DNA of 64,000 nucleotides from Eledone cirrhosa (Eukaryota): NCBI GenBank assembly GCA_964016885.1, contig OZ024764.1, positions 25,854,001 to 25,918,000 of the forward strand, read 5' to 3'. Shown piece by piece: positions 12,737 to 23,055 of this stretch (position 1 is its first letter; each line of letters starts with the position of its first letter). The notes under the pieces were generated by a model. It saw only the letters and a program-made list of their open reading frames with translations, ran no database searches and was not told where the DNA came from. The position numbers and the translations under genes were made by a program.

Positions 12737-13793
12737 CTGGTCCATAGGTGTGGTCTTTACCTGGTCCATAGGTGTGGTATTTACCTGGTCCATAGGTGTG
12801 GTCTTTACCTGGTCCATAGGTGTGGTATTTACCTGGTCCATAGGTGTGGTCTTTACCTGGTCCATAGGTGTGGTCTTTACCTGGTCCATAGGTGTGGTCT
12901 TTACCTGGTCCATAGGTGTGGTATTTACCTGGTCCATAGGTGTGGTCTTTACCTGGTCCATAGGTGTGGTCTTTACCTGGTCTGTAGTTATGGTGGTATC
13001 TAGGGCCGTAGGTGTGGTCTGGGTCATAGTTATGGTGGTATCTAGGGCCGTAGGTGTGGTCTGGGTCATAGTTATGGTGGTATCTAGGGCCGTAGGTGTG
13101 GTCTGAGCCATAGTTATGGTGGTATCTAGGGCCGTAGGTGTGGTCTGAGTCATAGTTATGGTGGTATCTAGGGCCGTAGGTGTGGTCTGAGCCGTAGTTA
13201 TGGTGGTATCTAGGGCCGTAGGTGTGGTCTGGGTCATAGTTATGGTGGTATCTAGGGCCGTAGGTGTGGTCTGAGTCATAGTTATGGTGGTATCTAGGGC
13301 TGTAGGTGTGGTCTGAGCCATAGGTGTGGTCAGGGCCATAGGTGTGATGGTGATAGGCAGACCTGGAGTTGCGATGATGTCCTTTCTCGTATTCATCTTT
13401 CTTCTCGTATTCATCTTTCTTCTCGTATTCATCTTTCTTCTCGTATTCATCTTTCTTCTCGTATTCACCTTTGTTCTCGTATTCACCTTTCTTCTCGTAT
13501 TCACCTTTCTTGTCATAATTATGATATTCTGAATGTCCATAATTGTGTTTGTACGCTCTTTTCCCTCGAAATATCTCCTGACCATCATCAGAGTCGTCTT
13601 TCTTTCCAGATACATCTAGCTCTTTTGGGTCATACTTTACGTCTGACTGTTTTAATTTGTCAAGATATTCGGATAAAGAGACACTTTTGACATTATAATA
13701 GCTCTTCATGTCTAAGCTCTTACTGTCACCTAATGTGTTGAGCAGAGCCATCAGGATGAGGCCTGCTATAGATGAGTGGATTACGATGTTCAT
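12737..13793 (-). CDS. First coding exon of a secreted His/Tyr/Gly/Pro-rich repeat precursor (signal peptide, propeptide, RGKR, (KK[DG]EYE)x7, (DHTYGPRYHHNY[DG][SP])x8, (GK[DY]HTYGP)x10)
   Basis: ATG at 13793 starts MNIVIHSSIAGLILMALLNTLG (signal-peptide-like). About 90 aa of non-repetitive open sequence include RGKR; repeat units are 18, 42 and 24 bp. Phase-1 donor CAG|GTATTT at 12737; TATA box upstream. Confidence 0.8.
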
Positions 13794-13930
13794 AGTGACA
13801 GGCTGAGACAACTGGATCAATGGAGTCCCGAGATGTGACTGTGGGAGAGAAGATGATAATTCTTCACAGAGTTACAGAAGTGGTTTTGGTGGCGTGAAGG
13901 GGGTTCAGCAGTCCAACACTTGCTGTGGTT

Positions 13931-13965
13931 ACTGGAGAGTTGTGGAGAGTTGTGTGGCTTTTATA
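13931..13965 (-). promoter_or_regulatory. Core promoter: TATAAAA (13965-13959) and Inr-like CCAGT (about 13933)
   Basis: Consensus TATA box about 32 nt upstream of an initiator-like sequence that lies about 140 nt upstream of the ATG at 13793. Confidence 0.6.
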
Positions 13966-13996
13966 GAGTTTGGCCTCCTATGGGGACGCTTGCTTT

Positions 13997-15011
13997 ACAC
14001 ACACATGCTCTCACACATGCTCTTTCTCTCTCTCTCTCACACACACATGCTCTCTCTCTCTCACACACACACATGCTCTCTTTCTCACACACACACACAC
14101 ATCCTCTCTCTCACACTCACACACATGCTCGCTCTCTCTCACACACACACACACATCCTCTCTCTCTCACACACACACATGCTCTCTTTCTCGCACACAC
14201 ACACACATCCTCTCTCTCACACACACACACATGCTCGCTCTCTCTCACACACACACACACACATCCTCTCTCTCACACACACACACATGCTCTCTCTCTC
14301 TCTCACACACACACACACATCCTCTCTCTCACACACACACACATGCTCTCTCTCTCTCTCACACACACACACATGCTCTCTCTCACAGCCACATGTAAGT
14401 TTACACTGATGACAATGATACATGCAGACATATATACATACATATACACATATATACATCCATAAACATATATACACATATATACATCCATACACATATA
14501 TACACATATATACATTCATACGTGTATATACACATATATATATCCATACATATATATACATATATATACACATATATACATTCATACATGTATATAGACA
14601 TATATACATTCATACATGTATATACACATATATACATCCATACATACATATTAATATATATATACACATATATACATTCATACATACATATATATATATA
14701 TATACACATATATACATTCATACGTGTATATACACATATATACATCCATACATACATATATATATATACATATATATACATTCATACATACATATACACA
14801 TATATACATCCATACATACATATATATATATATATACATATATATACATCCATACATATATATACATCCATACATATATATACATCCATACATATATATA
14901 CATCCATACATATATATACATCCATACATATATATACACATATATACATTCATACATATATATAGACATATATACATCCATACATACATATACACATATA
15001 TACATCCATAC

Positions 15012-15048
<37 letters not shown>

Positions 15049-15155
15049 CATATATATACACATATATATATATACATATATATATACACATATATATATA
15101 TATACACATATATATATACATATATATACACATATATATATATATATATATATTT
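13997..15155. repeat. Compound (CT)n(CA)n satellite followed by TA/CA microsatellite
   Basis: Direct inspection. Confidence 0.9.
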
Positions 15156-15209
15156 TTACACAGACACAAACAATCATCACACCACTACACTACCACCACT
15201 ACTACACAC

Positions 15210-17470
15210 TGGTGGTAGTGGTGTGGTGTAGTGGTGTGGTGATAGTGGTGTTGTGGTAGTGGGGTGGTGGTGGTGGTGTGGTGGTAGTGGTGTGGTGCTA
15301 GTGGTGGTGGTAGTGGTGGTGTGGTGGTAGAGGTGGTGTGGTGTGGTGGTGGAGGTGGTAGTGGAGGTGGTAGTGGTGTTGTGGTAGTGGGGTGGTGGTG
15401 GTGTGGTGGTAGTGGTGTGGTGTAGTGGAGGTGGTAGTGGTGTGGTGGTAGTGGTAGTGGGGTGGTGTAGTGGTGTGGTGGTAGTGGTGTGGTGGTAGTG
15501 GTGTGGTGGTGGTGGAGGTGGTGGTGATGTGGTGCTAGTGGTGGTGGTAGTGGTGGTGTGGTGGTAGAGGTGGTGTGGTGTGGTGGTGGAGGTGGTAGTG
15601 GAGGTGGTAGTGGTGTGGTGGTAGTGGAGGTGGTAGTGTTGGGGTGCTAGTGGTGGTGGCAGTGGTGGTGTGGTGGTAGTGGTGGTGGTGTGGTGGTAGT
15701 GGTGTGGTGTTAGTGGTGGTGGTGTGGTGGTAGTGGTGTGGTGCTAGTGGTGGTGTGGTGGTAGTGGTGGTGGTAGTGGTGGTGTGGTGGTAGTGGTGTG
15801 GTGGTAGTGGTGGTAGTGGCGATGGTAGTGGTGGTGTGGTGGTAGTGGTGGTGTGGTGTGGTGCTAGTGGTGGTAGTGGAGGTGGTAGTGGTGGTGTGGT
15901 GGTAGTGGTGTAGTGCTAGTGGTGGTAGTGGAGGTGGTAGTGGTGTGGTGCTAGTGGTGGTGGTAGTGGTGGTGTGGTGGAGGTGGTAGTGGGGTGGTGT
16001 AGTGGTGTGGTGGTAGTGGTGTGGTGGTGGTGGAGGTGGTAGTGATGTGGTGCTAGTGGTGGTGGTAGTGGTGGTGTGGTGGTAGAGGTGGTGTGGTGTG
16101 GTGGTGGAGGTGGTAGTGGTGTGGTGGTAGTGGAGGTGGTAGTGTTGGGGTGCTAGTGGTGGTGGCAGTGGTGGTGTGGTGGTAGTGGTGGTGGTGTGGT
16201 GGTAGTGGTGTGGTGTTAGTGGTGGTGGTGTGGTGCTAGTGGTGGTGTGGTGGTAGTGGTGGTGGTAGTGGTGGTGTGGTGGTAGTGGTGTGGTGGTAGT
16301 GGTGGTAGTGGCGATGGTAGTGGTGGTGTGGTGGTAGTGGTGGTGTGGTGGTAGTGGTGTGGTGCTAGTGGTGGTAGTGGAGGTGGTAGTGGTGGTGTGG
16401 TGGTAGTGGTGTAGTGCTAGTGGTGGTAGTGGAGGTGGTAGTGGTGTGGTGCTAGTGGTGGTGGTAGTGGTGGTGTGGTGGAGGTGGTGCTAGTGGTGGT
16501 AGTGGAGGTGGTAGTGGTGTGGTGCTAGTGGTGCTAGTGGTGGTGGTGTGGTGGTAGTGGTGTGGTGGTAGTGGTGGTAGTGGAGATGGTAGTGGTGGTA
16601 GTGGTGGTGTGGTGGAGGTGGTGGTAGTGGTGTGGTGCTAGTGGTGGTAGTGGAGGTGGTAGTGATGGTGTGGTGGTAGTGGTGGTGTGGTGGTAGTGGT
16701 GGTAGTGGTGGTGTGGTGGTAGTGGTGTGGTGCTAGTGGTGGTAGTGGAGGTGGTAGTGGTGGTGTGGTGGTAGTGGTGGAGGTGGTGTGGTGCTAGTGG
16801 TGGTGGTGTGGTGGTAGTGGTGTGGTGCTAGTGGAGGTGGTAGTGGTGGTAGTGGTGGTGTGGTGCTAGTGGTGTGGTGCTAGTGGTGGTAGTGGAGGTG
16901 GTAGTATGTGTCTTTTTTGTCAGGTGTTGAAGCTGTAATCACCAAGACAGGTGTTGACATTGTAGACAGGTGAATAGAGTTACATAATTACACACCACCA
17001 CACCACCTCCATACCACCACACCACTACACCACTACCTCCTCCACTACCACCACACCACCACTGCCACCACCACTAGCACCCCAACACTACCACCACACC
17101 ACTACCACCTCCACTACCACCACACCACTACCACCACACCACTAGCACCACACCACTACCACCACACCACCACTACCACCACACCACCACCACACCACTA
17201 CACCACTACCACCACACCACCACCACTACCACTACCACCTCCATACCACTACACCACTACCTCCTCCACTACCACCACACCACCACCACACCACTACCAC
17301 CACACCACCACCACTACCACCTCCATACCACCACACCACCACTACCTCCTCCACTACCACCACACCACCAAACCCCTACCACCACCACTACACCACCACC
17401 ACCACTACACCACCACACCACCACTACAACACCACCACCACCACAACACTACCACCACATCACCACTACC
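15210..17470. repeat. Degenerate (GGT/GTG/TAG)n satellite 15210-16904 and its reverse-complement (ACC)n block 16992-17470
   Basis: Direct inspection; an approximately 85-bp unique spacer separates the two orientations. Confidence 0.9.
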
Positions 17471-19808
17471 ACTTTACAGAGTATACTGGGTGTATTATAT
17501 CATGATACCAACACTACCACTATACAGAGTGTACTGGGTGTATTATATCATGACACCAACACTACCACTATACAGAGTGTACTGGGTGTATTATATCATG
17601 ACACCAGCACTACTACTTTACAGAGTCTACTGGGTGTATTATAACATGACACCAACAATACCACTTTACAGAGTGTACTGGGTGTATTTTATCATGACAC
17701 CAACACTACCACTTTACAGAGTGCACTGGGTGTATTTTATCATGACACCAACACTACCACTTTACAGAGTGTACTGGGTGTATTTTATCATGACACCAGC
17801 ACTACCACTTTACAGAGTGCACTGGGTGTATTTTATCATGACACCAACACTACCACTATACAGAGTGTACTGGGTGTATTATATCATGACACCAACACTA
17901 CCACTATACAGAGTGTACTGGGTGTATTATATCATGACACCAACACTACCACTTTACAGAGTATACTGGGTGTATTATATCATGACACCAACACTACCAC
18001 TTTACAGAGTGCACTGGGTGTATTATATCATGACACCAGCACTACTACTATACAGAGTGTACTGGGTGTATTATATCATGACACCAACACTACCACTATA
18101 CAGAGTGTACTGGGTGTATTTTATCATGACACCAACACTACCACTTTACAGAGTGTACTGGTTGTATTTTATCATAACACCAACACTACCACTTTACAGA
18201 GTGTACTGGGTGTATTTTATCATAACACCGACACTACCACTTTACAGAGTGTACTGGGTGTATTTTATCATAACACCGACACTACCACTATACAGAGTGT
18301 ACTGGGTGTATTTTATCATGACACCAACACTACCACTTTACAGAGTATACTGGGTGTATTATATCATGACACCAACACTACCACTTTACAGAGTGCACTG
18401 GGTGTATTATATCATGACACCAGCACTACTACTATACAGAGTGTACTGGGTGTATTATATCATGACACCAACACTACCACTATACAGAGTGTACTGGGTG
18501 TATTATATCATGACACCAGCACTACTACTTTACAGAGTCTACTGGGTGTATTATAACATGACACCAACAATACCACTTTACAGAGTGTACTGGGTGTATT
18601 TTATCATGACACCAACACTACCACTTTACAGAGTGCACTGGGTGTATTTTATCATGACACCAACACTACCACTTTACAGAGTGTACTGGGTGTATTTTAT
18701 CATGACACCAGCACTACCACTTTACAGAGTGCACTGGGTGTATTTTATCATGACACCAACACTACCACTATACAGAGTGTACTGGGTGTATTATATCATG
18801 ACACCAACACTACCACTATACAGAGTGTACTGGGTGTATTATATCATGACACCAACACTACCACTTTACAGAGTATACTGGGTGTATTATATCATGACAC
18901 CAACACTACCACTTTACAGAGTGCACTGGGTGTATTATATCATGACACCAGCACTACTACTATACAGAGTGTACTGGGTGTATTATATCATGACACCAAC
19001 ACTACCACTATACAGAGTGTACTGGGTGTATTTTATCATGACACCAACACTACCACTTTACAGAGTGTACTGGTTGTATTTTATCATAACACCAACACTA
19101 CCACTTTACAGAGTGTACTGGGTGTATTTTATCATAACACCGACACTACCACTTTACAGAGTGTACTGGGTGTATTTTATCATAACACCGACACTACCAC
19201 TATACAGAGTGTACTGGGTGTATTTTATCATGACACCAACACTACCACTTTACAGAGTATACTGGGTGTATTATATCATGACACCAACACTACCACTTTA
19301 CAGAGTGCACTGGGTGTATTATATCATGACACCAGCACTACTACTATACAGAGTGTACTGGGTGTATTATATCATGACACCAACACTACCACTATACAGA
19401 GTGTACTGGGTGTATTTTATCATGACACCAACACTACCACTTTACAGAGTGTACTGGTTGTATTTTATCATGACACCAACACTACCACTATACAGAGTGT
19501 ACTGGGTGTATTTTATCATGACACCAGCACTACTACTATACAGAGTGTACTGGGTGTATTATATCATGACACCAACACTACCACTATATAGAGTGTACTG
19601 GGTGTATTATAACATGACACCAACACTACCACTTTACAGAGTATACTGGGTGTATTATATCATGACACCAATACTACCACTTTACAGAGTGCACTGGGTG
19701 TATTTTATCATGACACCAGCACTATCACTTTACAGAGTGTACTGGGTGTATTTTATCATGACACCAACACTATCACTTTACAGAGTGTACTGGGTGTATT
19801 TTATCATG
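17464..19808. repeat. 48-bp minisatellite, about 49 copies, with a 912-bp (19-unit) higher-order duplication
   Basis: Unit acactaccactttacagagtgtactgggtgtattttatcatgacacca. The rare variant gtctactgggtgtattataacatg recurs at 17625 and 18537. Confidence 0.95.
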
Positions 19809-20021
19809 GCAGAAGTAGTAGAGAAGTTGCCGCATGCTGAGCTCAATTGAAACTTCACCTGTAACCCTATATCATGTCCCTGGGTCGCCTGGAACCTTAT
19901 ATTCTGCCTGGGTCACCTGGAACCCTATATTCTGCCTGGGTCACCTGGAACCCTATATTGCTGCAGGTTACAGTAAAAATAAGTTTGAAAAGCACAGATA
20001 GATTGCAAAGTTGGAAAATAT

Positions 20022-20027
20022 TTTATT
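20022..20027 (-). promoter_or_regulatory. Candidate polyadenylation signal of DDO
   Basis: AATAAA on the minus strand about 555 nt after the DDO stop codon. Confidence 0.45.
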
Positions 20028-20122
20028 TAAATATATATTAAAATATTCATATAAAAATGAGAAAACTCGTTGCCAGAATAGCTGTTAAAACAGCTAAATG
20101 CTGGCAAAAATACCTCAAAGGA

Positions 20123-20279
20123 CAGAGACCAGTGGTCAACAGAGAGACAATCCACAAGGTGGGTGACAGGTAGATGAAATATAATGCCTCAGACAGAGAA
20201 CACTGGTCTCTGAGACATTATATTTCATCTACCAGTCCCACACCTTGTGGATTGTCTCTCTGTTGACCACTGGTCTCTG
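20123..20279. repeat. 71-bp inverted repeat (4 mismatches, 15-nt loop) in the predicted DDO 3' UTR
   Basis: 20123-20193 is the reverse complement of 20209-20279. Confidence 0.9.
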
Positions 20280-20580
20280 GTCTCTGGCTGTCTTTCACAG
20301 CTGTTATGAAACTTTACAGTATTCCAGTAAAGACTGTAGTATTTAATGTGATGTAGTCATAGTGTTGTTTTGTACTAAATGTTTATAGTATCTTACTAAT
20401 GTGGTTTGTTAATTAAAATATTGATAGTGTCTTTGCTATAATCTAATGTGGTTTTGATGTGGTATAGAATGTTGAAGTAGGGGGTAGTTCTTGTTTATAC
20501 CCCTCCCCCAGGGATGGAGGAGGGCTGTCTCTGTATAGCTGTGGCACACCTGTAACCCTCCCCCACACGTTTTTCAGTTT

Positions 20581-20709
20581 TCAAAGTTTAGAAGGATGGC
20601 TTGCATCATTCTGTCCAACAAGGAAGTGTCCGAGCAGTTTCACCGCATGTTTAGCTGTTCCCCAACTCAGGGACACTCCATTAGCTCCATGGCCATAGTT
20701 GTGAACAAC
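20581..20709 (-). CDS. DDO: D-aspartate oxidase, coding exon 10 (VVHNYGHGANGVSLSWGTAKHAVKLLGHFLVGQNDASHPSKL*)
   Basis: HNYGHG signature of the DAO/DDO family, PTS1 SKL, CAG acceptor, TGA at 20583-20581. Confidence 0.95.
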   Translation of the reverse strand, partial: VVHNYGHGANGVSLSWGTAKHAVKLLGHFLVGQNDASHPSKL

Positions 20710-20765
20710 CTGTGGATAGAAGTAATAGTCGAATGGTGAGAGGGGGTTGTATAAAGGAAGAGATA

Positions 20766-22685
20766 CCGTATATACTCGCGTATAGGTCGCACTTTTTTAA
20801 CGATAAATAAGTATAAATTTTTGGGGTGCGACCTATCCGATCGACATCAGACTGACCAATGATTTTTCATAGACTTAATCAACGATGGGTATTTATAAAA
20901 ATAACTTTGTTAATATTTTTTTTATTATTTAACATAATAATTTCTTATATCTACCTTTTTATACATATATTTCTTGATTTTAAATATTTTACTAAAACTT
21001 CGTAGTGTTTACGTTCTTTCCTATCTGACCGAACCATCCGTCATTAAAATCCATAGAAATGCACACCCGGTATTTAAAATGTGATTTCATTGTATTAGCG
21101 TTGCTATGAACACGTATTGTGACGTACGGTGACGTATTGTGACGTACGGTGACGTATTGTGACGTATGGTGACGTATTGTGACGTATAAACAGGAAACAG
21201 ATTATTGCACGTGGCGTTTCTTTTCAAAATTAGCAAGTGAGAAAAGTTGGTAGTTGAATTTTTTTTTTATATAAGTATGTACACGTACATACATATATGT
21301 ATACAGACGTACAGTAGTATGTATATATATATACATACATGCGCACATATATATATGTACGTATGGATTCACCAAACATTTATTATAATGCTCGGTGTGT
21401 TTGTAAACAAACATCCCGAATTAAGCCGTAGTGTCTAGCAACCATAGTTGCTCGTTTGTTCAACACAGACCGCTGTACTAGTTTCAAGCTTATTAGCTAT
21501 CGTCATATATATATATATCTGTGTGCATGTATGTATATATATATATACATACTACACTACGTCTGTATACATATATGTATATACGTGTACATACTTATAT
21601 TTAAGTAACAGCCGTACTAAGAGTGGGAAATGAAATTTCGTTTCATTTTTTCCGTTTTTTTTTATAATTCACTGAGAAAAATGAATTCTGGTACGAGAAA
21701 AAGTTATCAAACAGTTTTCAAGTTAAAGGTGGTTGGTTATGACCGTTATAACGAATGCACAGTTACAGATGAAGAAATGAAAAAAACTATTTAATTAACA
21801 GGTGTAAATGTAATAACTATATGGATAAACACAAAAATTTAAACTTTATCTGCCTTACCTGTTAGATTTGTTGCAAAAAATTCAATAATGACCTAGATGT
21901 TGACTTCCATCAATTCTAGCAGTTTTCTGAACAGGTGAATTAATTAAAAATGCAGATATAATCAGTACAAGGTCTTTCTCTACCTTCCAGGCAAATATTT
22001 TCATTGAAAAAAATGTATAAAACCTTTTCACCAGTCAAAATAATATTTGCAATGTTCTCTTACACAATGTACGGTGTAAATTTACGTAACAGAATGTTCC
22101 CAATATATAAGTTCATTAACAGGTGTGAACATGTATTGGTGTTGTATCTTTCAACCACGTTGCTGTAATATTTTCAATGGTGTCCGTCAGAACTTCGCTT
22201 TCACTTTCAAAGTCAGAAATAAATACGTCTGATTCATTTGAAGATAAGTCACTAATATTATCTTGTGTTTTTTTTTCATTTCGAATGTCGTCGCATGTAA
22301 AACCTTCAAAGTCGCTATTCGCTACTTTGGGAAGCCATGTTGATACGCTAAAAATCTGTTATACTTTTTATTTCAAGTTGTTTCACCATATTAAGAGTTA
22401 ATTTTCGCGCTTAAAGGCTTTATCTCGCAGTAATCTCGAATTGACGAGATTTCGATGACGCTGTTTATTTTATAAATAAAGCATGGTTTTATAAATAAAA
22501 CATGGTATCGCAACGGCGAAGTAATGGAAAACTAACAGATTATTAGTTTCATAAAAAAATAGTAGTTTGACGGCGCAAATTTCAGTGCGACCTATCTGCG
22601 AGTCAATGGCAAATAGCCTATTTGTTAAATGAAAAGTGGGTATGTGACGTATCTGCCGGGGCGACCTATACGCAAGTATATACGG
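20766..22685. mobile_element. Non-autonomous Tc1/mariner-superfamily (pogo/Tc2-like) DNA element filling DDO intron 9
   Basis: 25-bp TIRs CCGTATATACT(C/T)GCGTATAGGTCGC flanked by TA. A nested repeat at about 21260-21660 also occurs at 53810-54280. Confidence 0.8.
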
Positions 22686-22908
22686 TAATGGTGGTGGTGG
22701 TGAAGGTGGTGGTGATGGTGGTGGTGATGGTGGTGGAGTGGTGGTAGTGGTAGTGTTGGTGGTGGTGGTGTTGGTGGTGATGATGGTGGTGGTGGTGGTG
22801 GTGGTGGTGGTAGTAGTAGTGGTGGTGGTGGTGGTGGTGATGGTGGTAGTAGTAGTGGTGGTGTTGGTGGTGATGGTGGTAGTAGTAGTGGTGGTGGTGG
22901 TGACGTAC

Positions 22909-23007
22909 CTTCAGTATCCCCTTAGGAAAATACATGACTTCCTGTTCAAGGCGGATTGGGTCCCTGTGGGGGCGCAGGCCAGCCCACTCCCGCAGGATCT
23001 TGGCTTT
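22909..23007 (-). CDS. DDO: D-aspartate oxidase, coding exon 9 (KAKILREWAGLRPHRDPIRLEQEVMYFPKGILK)
   Basis: GLRP motif; cccacag acceptor and GTACGT donor; 99 nt, phase 0/0. Confidence 0.95.
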
Positions 23008-23055
23008 CTGTGGGAGGGAGACAAAATAAGGCTTAAAAAACAACTTTACTCTCAT

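Noticed and set aside
12698-13615. 305-aa Thr-rich mucin-like ORF overlapping the His/Tyr gene
   Set aside because: Shadow frame kept open by repeat units that are multiples of 3; no signal peptide.
17490-19850. 786-aa ORF of MTPTLPLYRVYWVYYI repeats
   Set aside because: Translation of a 48-bp minisatellite derived from a retroelement tail; no unique coding flanks, splice or promoter support.
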